From positions 1 to 63,968 of the IMG/VR virus record IMGVR_UViG_3300043607_000016: a stretch of DNA of 63,968 nucleotides. One strand, 5' to 3'. Numbering within the stretch: the stretch's first letter is position 1; every line of letters starts with the position of its first letter. Positions 28,144 to 37,747 of the stretch are shown here, piece after piece. This stretch comes from a virus. A program made the translations under genes and the position numbers. The notes under the pieces were generated by a model. The model was not told the DNA's origin. It was given only the letters and a program-made list of their open reading frames with translations, and did not search any database.

Positions 28144-29274
28144 TTATGAGGTGAACCCGTAGATGACCTTGCCGCTCCACGGAGCACGGCAGATCAACTG
28201 AGCCATAACACGATATTGACCTGTCACAATCGACTGATTGATAACAGGGAGGTAACCGCGGAAACCAAACAGGAACGCATCGCTGTCAGGAAGGCGTAGC
28301 ATCCATTTTCGACTGTTGATGAAGACAAAGACTTCGCCAACGGTAACGGTGGTAGATGCTGGCAGGTTTGAACTGGCTGCCGGGGAGGCTGAGCTGGTGA
28401 AGGTACTGGTGAGATAGTTTCCGTTCGGAGTGTTCTCGCCGAAGACCAAGCTAGGCGCATAGTCATCGACAATAAAACGCTGGTGGTTCAGGCGGATCGA
28501 CTCAAACCCCCAAACCGGGTCCACCTCCTGACGATAGACTTGCTGAACCTGCACCTTCTCCATCATGTAAGCCATGCCAGCTTTGTTCACGATCCCAAGG
28601 TCTGGGGGCTCGTTTGCTCGCGTGGCACCGAAGGCTTGCTCGGTGAGAATGTTGTAGGTGATGGAGCCTGCCGCGCCACTTGCATCACCGCAGAAGTACG
28701 GGATGGAGTTGAGTGTGGTGCCGAGCTGTGCCGAGTTGCGGGTCTTGCCCCCATAGGTTGCGAAAACGTTCCCGTCCCAGCTACTTGTCACGCCGTCATT
28801 GAGAGCCTCGGAGATGCCGTCCATGTGGAGGATGCGATCATCAGCGATGCCTGTGCCGGAAGCTTGGCCATGTCGCCAGAGAGCGATTGCGAGTTGCTCA
28901 TTGAGGGAGCGAACTGCGTTTTCGGCATGGACATCCGCAAGCGAGGCCACCGCGTCCGGCCCCTTTGCCTCAACGTCGATTTCTTCCTCATACTCTGTAA
29001 CGGATGAGTAATAGTAGCGGGGCTGGAACTGAGTCGCTTCGAGGACTTGCGGTTTCGCCATCGAGAACGAGCCGCCCTTCGCATATGCCCCACCCGGCTG
29101 TCGTCCATAGAGAAAAGGTTGCTGCATAAGAGCACCGCCCTTGAAGGTCTCCACGAGATTGCGTCTCATGTAGGCCCAGAAGGGAGAGCCCTTGTAGAGA
29201 AGGTCTTCCACATATTTCGGGAAGATTTCCTTCTTTACGACTGTGTTGAGTTCGTCTAGTGCCGCCATTGGCAA
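28144..29274 (-). CDS. Major capsid protein (376 aa)
   Basis: Follows the scaffold gene in the portal-scaffold-capsid order, with typical size. AAGGAGATTG lies upstream. Confidence 0.7.
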   Translation of the reverse strand: MPMAALDELNTVVKKEIFPKYVEDLLYKGSPFWAYMRRNLVETFKGGALMQQPFLYGRQPGGAYAKGGSFSMAKPQVLEATQFQPRYYYSSVTEYEEEIDVEAKGPDAVASLADVHAENAVRSLNEQLAIALWRHGQASGTGIADDRILHMDGISEALNDGVTSSWDGNVFATYGGKTRNSAQLGTTLNSIPYFCGDASGAAGSITYNILTEQAFGATRANEPPDLGIVNKAGMAYMMEKVQVQQVYRQEVDPVWGFESIRLNHQRFIVDDYAPSLVFGENTPNGNYLTSTFTSSASPAASSNLPASTTVTVGEVFVFINSRKWMLRLPDSDAFLFGFRGYLPVINQSIVTGQYRVMAQLICRAPWSGKVIYGFTS

Positions 29275-29321
29275 TCTCCTTTTAGAGCGGCCTTTTCTTT
29301 ATGGACCTGAAACCTAGATGC

Positions 29322-30251
29322 CTATCCGCCTGCCGTGCTTCCTTCCATCGTAGCCCTGAGAGCGTCCGCTGCCCGAGCAACATGGGACTTGTCGGAAGTT
29401 ACAGACGCGGGTCCATCTGCCACCTGCCCCTCATTCCCTTTGATAAGAGCCTGAACGAGAGATGGTGCGTTTGCTCGCTGGGCTACGGGAAGAGCAGCCT
29501 CGGCGCGGCCACGTTGAATGCCCTCATCTCGGGCCTTGGCTATGTCGGCCTCGTACTGCTCTTTCTGCTTCTGCTGTTGAATCGCCGTCGCGTTGTAAAG
29601 CTGGTCGAAGATTTGATCTGGATTCCAGTTCTTCGTCTCCATCATCTTGTCCCAGACGGCCCCCGGTGTGTAGCCCTTGATGCCAAGCTCGGATGCGCGC
29701 TGATTCAATTCATAGGTTTTGTTCGTCCACGCGATAAGGTCGGTTGCGGCACCCTGGATTTTGGTGTTGACACCTTTTTCGAGGGCGCTGTTGAATTCCT
29801 CTTTTGAGAGAAAGGAGGACGGGTCGATACGGTTAGGGTCTGTGACGGGTTGATAGCCGTTGCCGTTTCCGCCGCCTTCACCAAGAATGGTCGCAGGATC
29901 AATGCCATAGGTATGACGCAAACCCTGTTCGAGTTGAAACTGTCGGGTCTGACTCGCCTTTAGTTCATTGACCATATCAAGGTACTTCTTCTCGTTCGTC
30001 CCCCTGTAATCGACAAGCTGCTGTTGCAGGGTCGCAACGTTCTGCTTTTCCGCTTCTATCTCTCGTTCTTTGGCTTTGAGCGCGTCCTGATTGCGGGAGT
30101 AATCCGACTGCCGCATCACGGACGCCTTGATGTAATCTGCGACGGCGGGCACGGCCAGAACCTCGTCTAAGACCTTCCGTTTTTCTTCATCGACGGAGCC
30201 AGTCTTGAGTAGTTCCTCGTACCAGTCCTTGATTTCATCTATTCCGGGCAT
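29322..30251 (-). CDS. Scaffolding protein (309 aa)
   Basis: Highly charged, helical, coiled-coil composition between the portal and capsid genes. Confidence 0.6.
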   Translation of the reverse strand: MPGIDEIKDWYEELLKTGSVDEEKRKVLDEVLAVPAVADYIKASVMRQSDYSRNQDALKAKEREIEAEKQNVATLQQQLVDYRGTNEKKYLDMVNELKASQTRQFQLEQGLRHTYGIDPATILGEGGGNGNGYQPVTDPNRIDPSSFLSKEEFNSALEKGVNTKIQGAATDLIAWTNKTYELNQRASELGIKGYTPGAVWDKMMETKNWNPDQIFDQLYNATAIQQQKQKEQYEADIAKARDEGIQRGRAEAALPVAQRANAPSLVQALIKGNEGQVADGPASVTSDKSHVARAADALRATMEGSTAGG

Positions 30252-30306
30252 TTGGGTTGGTCTCCTTCCGATTGATTAGAATCGGTTCCAGAGGGTTATT
30301 GGAATG

Positions 30307-30633
30307 CTATCCGGGCGGTCCCATCGCGCCGACTGGCGGCTGGGTTCCGGGTTGCTGTTCGGGGAGAGATGCGCCGACCTGTACCAAACCTTCTGTAAGC
30401 GCGTCATTCGCCTTTTGAACGAACGGTGCCATGCCCTGCTGGTTCTGTGCGAGGGCGAGGAGCTGGGTCTGGATGTCGCGTATTTTACCGGCGAGTGCTG
30501 CGACGGGATCGACGCCGGGAGCGCCACCAGTGGGAGCACCGCCGAAGAGTGAATCGAATCCTGCGCCCGGCGTTGGTGTGGATTGTGGCGTTGGGGGAGG
30601 TCCACCTGGAATAGGGCCGAAGGGTGTTGCCAT
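30307..30633 (-). CDS. Pro/Gly-rich hypothetical protein (108 aa)
   Basis: GGGAGG lies upstream of ATG 30633. Confidence 0.5.
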   Translation of the reverse strand: MATPFGPIPGGPPPTPQSTPTPGAGFDSLFGGAPTGGAPGVDPVAALAGKIRDIQTQLLALAQNQQGMAPFVQKANDALTEGLVQVGASLPEQQPGTQPPVGAMGPPG

Positions 30634-30638
30634 GATAG

Positions 30639-30794
30639 TTAGTACCTCCCACCGCCCTTTGGTGCGCGCGACTTGATGCGATGGGGTTTAGCTTTTGCAC
30701 CTGCCTTGCCAGATTTAATCGACCCCAAATTACTTGGACCTTTTAATGATCCATTCCCTGCCGATGCTCCAGTGCCAATACCTGATGTCTTCAT
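30639..30794 (-). CDS. Small basic Gly/Lys-rich protein (51 aa)
   Basis: Not in the ORF track. ATGA overlap with the stop of 30791..30991. MKTSGIGTGASAGNGSLKGPSNLGSIKSGKAGAKAKPHRIKSRAPKGGGRY. Confidence 0.4.
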   Translation of the reverse strand: MKTSGIGTGASAGNGSLKGPSNLGSIKSGKAGAKAKPHRIKSRAPKGGGRY

Positions 30795-30991
30795 CGCTGT
30801 TTTCCTCCACGTTTTGGTCTGGATTTAGCGTCACGGTTTTTCTTGACTACGCCTGCCGCTTGCGCGAAGGCGGATGACTCGTCCCCAGTTTTGGATAATG
30901 CAGAATTAAAAACGTGAGACCATTGCCGTTTCTTTGAAGGAGTGTCGGCTTCCTTTGTATGCTTCGTGGCCAATTCGGGTCCGTAGGGCAT
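30791..30991 (-). CDS. ChaB-like protein (66 aa)
   Basis: MPYGP...SKKRQWSHVFNSALSKTGDESSAFAQAAGVVKK resembles the ChaB family pattern (MPY...FNSA...A...AW.AVKK). Confidence 0.4.
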   Translation of the reverse strand: MPYGPELATKHTKEADTPSKKRQWSHVFNSALSKTGDESSAFAQAAGVVKKNRDAKSRPKRGGKQR

Positions 30992-31155
30992 TTAGTTTTC
31001 GCTTTAGTTCAGGTCTTGGGCGGCTACCTCGGGGGAAGTAACCGCCCCTTCGTCGGAGATCCAGATATGGCAATGCTTTCTGTCTCAGTTGGAGAAGTAG
31101 CACAATATGTTGGATAGAGTCAAGCGGGGGAGCGGATTGGGATGACCCAAATAGG

Positions 31156-31350
31156 TCAGTATCCGAATTGCATTCTACGTCGAATCTGCGCTTCAGATAC
31201 GGTAGCGAGAAGCCTTTGATGACAGGTAGAGCAGACATGAAGGCGATCGATGGTTGGATTTTTTAGGCATGACACGCAGAGATTTCGAGGGCGAGTTTGC
31301 CGACGTTGGGCAGCACGATTGAGTGGAACGTTTTTGCGTGAGTAGCCCAT
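31156..31350 (-). CDS. Small zinc-ribbon protein (64 aa)
   Basis: ATG 31350 forms an ATGA overlap with the portal stop. CVSC...CSTC. Confidence 0.45.
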   Translation of the reverse strand: MGYSRKNVPLNRAAQRRQTRPRNLCVSCLKNPTIDRLHVCSTCHQRLLATVSEAQIRRRMQFGY

Positions 31351-33401
31351 CAGGATGTGGTCACCGTCGTTCGATCCGGGCGTGACTCCATCTTCGGCGC
31401 TTCCTCCCATGACGATGGCCTTCCGCCTTTTCCGCCACCACCACCATTTAGGGCCTGCGCGATAGCTGCCATTGGATTATTCGGGTCGGGAGGCTGAGAC
31501 TGAGCGACCATCTGCTGCGCCTGAATCTGTAATTCGAGTTGCATCTTCTGCCAGTATTCCCAACGCTCAATCATGTTATTTGTGCCTTCTGGGAACGGGC
31601 CGAAGTTTGGAATGTCTAATACTTTCGCTATGTCCCAAGGGGAGATCGGGAAGCCAGCTTTGGAAAGTTGCAGGTAGAGAAGTTTAGTCGTCATCGCCTG
31701 CATTTGTGTGAGCGAGTTTGGAGTGATGCGGTAGGTGAAGCGTTGATAGTGACGGCGTTGACGTTGGAGTAGATCATACCCAGGTTCATCAGGAATCATC
31801 TTGCCAGGATCGGTGTCCAGGTCTTCGGGGGTTATGCCATCACGACCGAGGATTTTGAGACGACGGGGTAAGGTATAGAACTGAATGAAATTCGCTAATG
31901 CCATCTGCGCCACGGAGCGCATCGATCTCTCCATTGACCTCGCCATGTCTTGTGCGATGCTACCGCTCATCTCAGTCAGCTTGTCGATGGTAGAACTCTC
32001 AGGGATTTGATTTAGCTTTTGGATTTCTTGTAAGGCGGGGGTGCCCTGCATCCAGTCTTGAAGCCGATCCAAATAGTCGATCCACGCGGGGACAAAGTTA
32101 GGAATGTTAGAATAGCCTGCGGGGAGGATTGGTTTAACTACGTCACCCCCGGTTAATTGAAAATCCGCCATGATTGATTGGCCTGGTTGGCGAGGATCAA
32201 AGCGTTCAGCCTTTGTTTTATCTACGGAATTTTTGTCCCATACAAGAGGTGGTCTGAGGACTAGATTAACTTGATCATCAACTCCCCTCATCACCGAGTT
32301 GCGTGATCTCTGAATTGAGGCAACATCTTTGACGAGAGAAAATCCCAGAAATTCGAAGACCCATTGGTCACAACTGAACTGGCTGAGGGGTGCCATGCCA
32401 TGAATCCAGAAACTAGGACCATCGTACATGATGCAAGTGTTCGTACCAATCATCAGACGCCGTTGCGGGAACAACATCGCATCTTGGGCTGTAGCAATGC
32501 GCCCATCTAGCAGAGTAGAACCGATAGACGGCACGGTGTAGGTTGGACCTCTGGAACCCCCACCGACGATCATCGGAGAGCCGGTATCGTTGTGGCTGAC
32601 ATCGTTGATATAGGCGGAATAAATATCGACTACCGGCCATGGACTTGATCTTGTCGTCTGGCCCTTTAGTCTCGACATCGCCCCGGTGATAAGAGAATGA
32701 AATGGATATTTGCTTACACTGCCACGCTTGGTATCGAACCTGTCAGGCTTGATTAGATGTTGGAACTCAGGCCAACGGCTCCAAGCGAGGGTAATAGGAG
32801 TTTCCTCGCGGATAACGACTGAATATGCATGCTGGATGTTTTTCGATTCCGGTAGCTGGATGGGGAGTACGTCCTTTGGGGACTTCGCACGGATTTCGAT
32901 ATCGCCTTGACCGTTGGGATGGTAGTACGGGTTCCATTCAACAAGCGCGTAGCCAGTTCCGACACCGGCTGCGTATTGCAGAACTTCCTTGATACTTTGA
33001 TCTACGAAGCAATCGAAGAACCAGCTCTGCATTAGTTTATTGTAAGTTTCAGCTTGCCCATCGTAGGTACGGTCTCCGGTTTCATACCCCCAGAACGGTC
33101 GGAGGTTGGAGAGGATCGCAACCATTTCGCGGATGTTCCGTTTGGCGCGGTTGGAGGATATGTTCGATAGCTTACGGGGGAGCTTTTCCTCTACAGCACC
33201 ACAGAGGATGGAGATCGCACGGTCGATGTCGGAGTAGGCGAGATTATTACGGAGAAAGGATTCGCCTTCCTGGATCGCCTCAGTCAGCCAGCCGCGATTG
33301 GCATGAGAGTTCGGGGGGAGGGCAGGGTTGTAGCGGGGGGCCATGTAGCTGCCGGATAGCATTGGGGTGTTGGAGAGGGGTATCGAATTTGTCCACGTCA
33401 T
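31350..33401 (-). CDS. Portal protein (683 aa)
   Basis: Size and position, downstream of the large terminase and upstream of scaffold and capsid. Confidence 0.7.
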   Translation of the reverse strand: MTWTNSIPLSNTPMLSGSYMAPRYNPALPPNSHANRGWLTEAIQEGESFLRNNLAYSDIDRAISILCGAVEEKLPRKLSNISSNRAKRNIREMVAILSNLRPFWGYETGDRTYDGQAETYNKLMQSWFFDCFVDQSIKEVLQYAAGVGTGYALVEWNPYYHPNGQGDIEIRAKSPKDVLPIQLPESKNIQHAYSVVIREETPITLAWSRWPEFQHLIKPDRFDTKRGSVSKYPFHSLITGAMSRLKGQTTRSSPWPVVDIYSAYINDVSHNDTGSPMIVGGGSRGPTYTVPSIGSTLLDGRIATAQDAMLFPQRRLMIGTNTCIMYDGPSFWIHGMAPLSQFSCDQWVFEFLGFSLVKDVASIQRSRNSVMRGVDDQVNLVLRPPLVWDKNSVDKTKAERFDPRQPGQSIMADFQLTGGDVVKPILPAGYSNIPNFVPAWIDYLDRLQDWMQGTPALQEIQKLNQIPESSTIDKLTEMSGSIAQDMARSMERSMRSVAQMALANFIQFYTLPRRLKILGRDGITPEDLDTDPGKMIPDEPGYDLLQRQRRHYQRFTYRITPNSLTQMQAMTTKLLYLQLSKAGFPISPWDIAKVLDIPNFGPFPEGTNNMIERWEYWQKMQLELQIQAQQMVAQSQPPDPNNPMAAIAQALNGGGGGKGGRPSSWEEAPKMESRPDRTTVTTS

Positions 33402-33814
33402 AGTTTTACGACCATCTGAAAGCTCTCTACAGTTTTGATCCCCAAATATAGTTTACCAATAGGGTCATGGACAAAATTGATTATGTCTCCCCCACCATTA
33501 GGAGATTCTTCCCCATCCTTCCTTGCAACAACAGAGTGTCTTACGCCGCGTGGACCCAAACCGCTAACAATAAAATGGCATCCAATAGGAAGATAAAATG
33601 TAGCGGGCTGTTCTTCTGTTGCGGGGGAACTTGTGATTCCATAGCCCATTGGACGTAGCTGCTCATTTAGTCCTACAAGCCAGTTTTTTCCACTTGCCTC
33701 AATATTATTTAGGTCAGGGAGATCATCAAGATTACATTCAAGGATTGATGCGACACAGGCGTTGAAGCAGTTACCTTCGATTGGGCCATATTTGGTTTGG
33801 AAGACAGGCTTCAT
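33398..33814 (-). CDS. Putative papain-like (Cys-His) peptidase-fold protein (138 aa)
   Basis: GNCFNACVASILE near the N-terminus and a later GCHFIVSG, giving a Cys...His arrangement. This is an inference only. Confidence 0.3.
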   Translation of the reverse strand: MKPVFQTKYGPIEGNCFNACVASILECNLDDLPDLNNIEASGKNWLVGLNEQLRPMGYGITSSPATEEQPATFYLPIGCHFIVSGLGPRGVRHSVVARKDGEESPNGGGDIINFVHDPIGKLYLGIKTVESFQMVVKL

Positions 33815-34413
33815 CTATTCCCCCTATCAAACTCCCATCCAACCAAATACCCCCTGCTCTCATACCTCTCCGACTTTTGATTGTTTTGCTCGATGGCACG
33901 CCGCGCAAACTCCCGTCCTTCATTGCTCATAGTTGACATCTGATGGAACAGGTCAGAGCGTTCCTGCCGGCGCATTTCGCCGAAGACGATTTCTTCGGTT
34001 TCGGCGTTTTGCTCGTGTTCCATTTGATCACTTAAATTCGCCTCGCGGTAGAAGCGGTCGCGGTCGCGGAAGTTTTTTATTTCGATACGCTCGTAGCCAG
34101 GCGGGACTAGGCGGCTGTCACCTGCGCCGGGGATGAAGAGTTTGCCGTCAGGTCCGCGGTAGTAGGCGGTGACTTCGGAGGTGAGTTTTTGAGACATGCG
34201 ATCAACTCGTCCTGCCCCACCCCAACAACCCGGACATCTAATTGCGGTGACATCATCCCATGTCCACTGCTTAGTAGTTTTGTCACAATGGGCACAGAAG
34301 AATGACCTTTCACGAAACGAACTGCGCTTGAACTGCCGGTTGATCTTTATTCGTGCCATAGGATTGCTCGGAGAATACGTCATTACCTCGGGATTGTCGA
34401 GCAGGATCACCAT
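33811..34413 (-). CDS. Zinc-ribbon protein (200 aa)
   Basis: CAHC...CPGC. 4-nt overlap with the downstream gene. Confidence 0.5.
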   Translation of the reverse strand: MVILLDNPEVMTYSPSNPMARIKINRQFKRSSFRERSFFCAHCDKTTKQWTWDDVTAIRCPGCWGGAGRVDRMSQKLTSEVTAYYRGPDGKLFIPGAGDSRLVPPGYERIEIKNFRDRDRFYREANLSDQMEHEQNAETEEIVFGEMRRQERSDLFHQMSTMSNEGREFARRAIEQNNQKSERYESRGYLVGWEFDRGNR

Positions 34414-36635
34414 CCAGCGGCTTTGGATAGGTCGTCCTCATTCCCATAGTCGTCTAATGTATCCGCCAGCAAATCAATTATCGGCTTGTTCGTATCCGGT
34501 GGCGAAATAACTGGCGGTGCAAGGGCGCGGATGCTCGGCGTGTATTCGCCTTTCTGTTTGTCGAGTTCGTGGAGGGACATATAGGCGATGCCCATGCCGA
34601 TGTAGCGATCATCGGTTGCGTCGAGGTCGTTGTTGTCCGCGCGGGCCATCCAGATTTCGCTGTCGGTTTCGAGTTGGCCTAGTTCGGTGATGAGCCAAGG
34701 AGAGTTCAATATCACCCAACCAGCCTTGACCGCCTTGATTGTGAATTCCATCAGCAGTCGTCTCGACCAGCCATAGGTGTACCAGCCGATTTTGCGTGAG
34801 CGGGCCTTGTTGATGATCTTGGTATCAAGCCTGATCCACACATGGAAATTAGACCAGCCTGAGAGCCGCAAGTCGTTCTGAAGTGCATCTCCAGTTCCCG
34901 CACATTCGATTGCGATACGGCACTGCTGGCGTTTCGGCGCTGAGTACCAGGTTCCGATGGAGAGTGCGTGCGGCCACATATCAAGCGCACCAGCCCACGC
35001 GGATGCGTACTCGGCTACCTGCATGTCCGGTTCGCCAACGCGGGTACGAAGGACTTCGATAGTGGAGAGGTTACGGCCAATACCATCACCTGTGTCTATG
35101 CCAAGAGCGTAGTCGTAGCCCGAGCGCGGTTCCTCATAAACGATCAAACGGTTGTCGAATACGATGTCTGGGTAGTTGCGATATTTGATGGGTGTTAATT
35201 TGAAATTGTAGTCACGGTCACCCCACCCGGCTTTGATTGCGTAGCCATTTTTGGTCGCGTCGAATTCGGTGATGTCAGGAGTGAGGTCAGCGGATACTTT
35301 GTCTCCCTGTACGCCGTAGATACCAACCGGGGAGCGGGTTGCAAGTTGAATTGTTTCGATGAGTTCTGCGTTGAAGATTCCATGCTTCTTGCTGGCGAAG
35401 CAAGAAATATCATCTAGGGCCATCTCGCCGTAGAATACATTCAGTTCACCCTTACGTTCATGTTCTGCTCTGTCCTGTTCCCAGAAAAACATCTTCTCAA
35501 CAGGCATCTTCCAATCTGTTCCAAGATATTTGGAGAGGTAGTCTTTGGAGCGAACGTAGTCAGCCGCCTTTTCCGACATTGCTATTGTTCGAGGTTCCGG
35601 CATCCAATCAGAAGGGACTTCGGGTTTGGATTCCAGATTGTGTTGACGGAGCCATGAGACAGTCGGCCAGAATTCTTGATCCACATAGAATGGAAGAAAG
35701 ATTGGATTAAAGAATGATCTACGCTTGGGCCAATTCTCTTTAGCTGATGTCCAGAGTTTGTGTGACCAATTACCAATTCCAGATCCCGTATATTCCAGCA
35801 CCATAAAGTGCCGGGGTGTCGGGTGGAATGATTTTAGCAGGGCCGCATCGACGATCAGTTGGGGATTCTGAAATTCTGAAAGCTCGCTCAGATGCACGCA
35901 TGTTGTCGAATCTCCTCGGCCTATGCCCTTTTTCTGCCGACCATGTTGAAGCATGACGTAGCTGCCGAGGGTTGGGCATTCAAAGAGTGTTTCACCGGAT
36001 TCGAATGGGCCGTTGATTTTCGACGGGAGGAGATACCAGGGCAGATTTATCAACGTCAGAACCATCTTGCTGCCCATTTTGTCGCGGGTATTGTCTTCAT
36101 CGGAGCTGGCGATATAGGAGAATGTCTGACGGTAGAAAAGAGTGCGGTGGAGGATTGCCTGACCAACGAGAGTTGTCACGCCAAGTTGCCTTCCCTTTAA
36201 CTGAAGTACAAGGATGGCAAGAAGAAGCTCTTCCATTTCCGACCAGACTGCTACTGTTATTTTTTGAGCAAGGGATGGCTGAGGGTGAACGATCTGCCCA
36301 TCGTTGTTAATAATCGTAGAGTAATTACGAAAGAAGTGCGGAAAGGACGTGCGAGCTAGGATGCGTTCTGATGATATGAAGTCGCGTTCATCGGATGTAA
36401 GATCGCGGGTCAGACGGCCTAGTTCAGGATCGTAGATGCCTTTAAGGTAATCGACGTAGCGTTGGGTTTCGGCGTCGGAGTAGTCAGATATATAAGAGAT
36501 TGGATTATTAGAGTCATCCTTTTCAATTTTGAAGTGCGGGGTGAACTTCAGCTTGGGGATGATGTTTGAGAGGTTAGTGGCAATAATCTTGTCGCTATAC
36601 AATTTTCCCTCTCGGAATATCCCTCGCCAGTTCAA
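34407..36635 (-). CDS. terL: Terminase large subunit (742 aa)
   Basis: LKGRQLGVTT (Walker A-like), VHLSELSEF (Walker B-like) and IGIDTGDGIG (nuclease Asp). Lies upstream of the portal gene. Confidence 0.8.
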   Translation of the reverse strand: MNWRGIFREGKLYSDKIIATNLSNIIPKLKFTPHFKIEKDDSNNPISYISDYSDAETQRYVDYLKGIYDPELGRLTRDLTSDERDFISSERILARTSFPHFFRNYSTIINNDGQIVHPQPSLAQKITVAVWSEMEELLLAILVLQLKGRQLGVTTLVGQAILHRTLFYRQTFSYIASSDEDNTRDKMGSKMVLTLINLPWYLLPSKINGPFESGETLFECPTLGSYVMLQHGRQKKGIGRGDSTTCVHLSELSEFQNPQLIVDAALLKSFHPTPRHFMVLEYTGSGIGNWSHKLWTSAKENWPKRRSFFNPIFLPFYVDQEFWPTVSWLRQHNLESKPEVPSDWMPEPRTIAMSEKAADYVRSKDYLSKYLGTDWKMPVEKMFFWEQDRAEHERKGELNVFYGEMALDDISCFASKKHGIFNAELIETIQLATRSPVGIYGVQGDKVSADLTPDITEFDATKNGYAIKAGWGDRDYNFKLTPIKYRNYPDIVFDNRLIVYEEPRSGYDYALGIDTGDGIGRNLSTIEVLRTRVGEPDMQVAEYASAWAGALDMWPHALSIGTWYSAPKRQQCRIAIECAGTGDALQNDLRLSGWSNFHVWIRLDTKIINKARSRKIGWYTYGWSRRLLMEFTIKAVKAGWVILNSPWLITELGQLETDSEIWMARADNNDLDATDDRYIGMGIAYMSLHELDKQKGEYTPSIRALAPPVISPPDTNKPIIDLLADTLDDYGNEDDLSKAAGW

Positions 36636-36984
36636 TCCGCCCTGGAATCATCACAGGCTCGACGCCGAACTGAATCTCAGCCACCCCTATAACCACGATC
36701 GCATAAAGCTGATGGCAGAATGGACATTCAGTCATGCGCTCATGCGGGATCACAATGGCCGAGGCGACCGGGTTGTTCCAGAGGATCTGGGGAGGTTCGC
36801 CCACATTCAACTTCACTCCCGGCCCGCAGCGTTGACACTGAAACTGGAGTTGCGGTGGTTGCTGGGAGGGCGAGGACAGCGGTTGACTCTCTGACATGGC
36901 TTCGTTCATCATCTGCTCCATCTTCTCGCCTATCATCTTGTCGTTGTGGTTCTCGCTCATCTGAGTCGTCCTCCATGTCATCAT
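36595..36984 (-). CDS. Zinc-ribbon protein (129 aa or shorter)
   Basis: CQRC...CPFC. Overlaps the 3' 245 nt of ORF 36740..37723 in another frame. Confidence 0.4.
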   Translation of the reverse strand: MMTWRTTQMSENHNDKMIGEKMEQMMNEAMSESQPLSSPSQQPPQLQFQCQRCGPGVKLNVGEPPQILWNNPVASAIVIPHERMTECPFCHQLYAIVVIGVAEIQFGVEPVMIPGRIELARDIPRGKIV

Positions 36985-37723
36985 CTACCGCTTGAAATAC
37001 AACATCAGTTATCGGGCTTGCGTCGAGCGCATCAAGGCTATCCTCAAGGCTACTGAGACCAATCGCCTGCGGGTTGTTGTTGATGACGATCTGATTTGAT
37101 TTAGGCATGGGTAGCTGGCCACGGGATTGTAGCCAGCGGATGCGCTCGTTTTCGCCGAATTCTCCATGGACTAACGCTGTTTCGATTGATGTCTGAACGA
37201 GGGCACGGTTCGAGAGTGCGATTAAGGCACCTGTATACGTCTCTGAAACATCCTCAAGTGCGGCGACTGCAAGCAGGTTGAAATCCCTTCGAGAAATCTT
37301 CGCCTTTTCGATTGCGAGTTCGATGGTGCGCCCTTCGCCAAGGTCTATGAGGCTGTCCCACGCGCGGCGGAATGCGATTGCTTTTTTATCACCCGGTAAT
37401 GCGTATCTGATATACTCTGCAATCAGGCTAGCATGTGGGTCCGTGCCGGGTCCAAGGATGCGTGACCAAGTTTCGTCTAGCGTTGCCGGCCGGACACTAT
37501 CCGCCAGGCTTCGGAGCGAATCGAGTCTGTGTCTGCTAGGGGATTCGCTTGGATCTGGTTCTCCAGCTCCTCCTCGTACTCCTGCATTATCTCGTCGGTT
37601 ATCATCGGCAGGAAGTCGCTTGGGCTTGGACTTTCGCCCACGCTTATTTTTACCTTGGACGGGGGGAGACGCTCCTCCAGCAGTGTCAGGAGGCGATTCA
37701 ATGTCTGCGGCAGCTTGTACCAT
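36740..37723 (-). CDS. Candidate terminase small subunit or DNA-binding protein; boundaries uncertain
   Basis: Lies upstream of terL. The central part (about 37477-36984) is unique and protein-like. Both ends overlap other open frames. Confidence 0.4.
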   Translation of the reverse strand: MVQAAADIESPPDTAGGASPPVQGKNKRGRKSKPKRLPADDNRRDNAGVRGGAGEPDPSESPSRHRLDSLRSLADSVRPATLDETWSRILGPGTDPHASLIAEYIRYALPGDKKAIAFRRAWDSLIDLGEGRTIELAIEKAKISRRDFNLLAVAALEDVSETYTGALIALSNRALVQTSIETALVHGEFGENERIRWLQSRGQLPMPKSNQIVINNNPQAIGLSSLEDSLDALDASPITDVVFQAVDDDMEDDSDEREPQRQDDRREDGADDERSHVRESTAVLALPATTATPVSVSTLRAGSEVECGRTSPDPLEQPGRLGHCDPA

Positions 37724-37743
37724 GATTTGAGTGTAACGAACAT
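37477..37743 (-). CDS. Alternative-frame ORF (88 aa) overlapping the 5' end of 36740..37723
   Basis: MFVTLKSWYKLPQTLNRLLTLLEE...EIMQEYEEELENQ looks more protein-like than the overlapping Arg/Pro/Gly-rich frame. Confidence 0.3.
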   Translation of the reverse strand: MFVTLKSWYKLPQTLNRLLTLLEERLPPSKVKISVGESPSPSDFLPMITDEIMQEYEEELENQIQANPLADTDSIRSEAWRIVSGRQR

Positions 37744-37747
37744 AGAG

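Noticed and set aside
30906-31238. A 110-aa minus-strand ORF bridging the zinc-ribbon and ChaB-like genes
   Set aside because: It overlaps both better-supported neighbours in another frame, and its unique middle part (30992-31155) is not convincingly protein-like. That 164-nt stretch is left unannotated.
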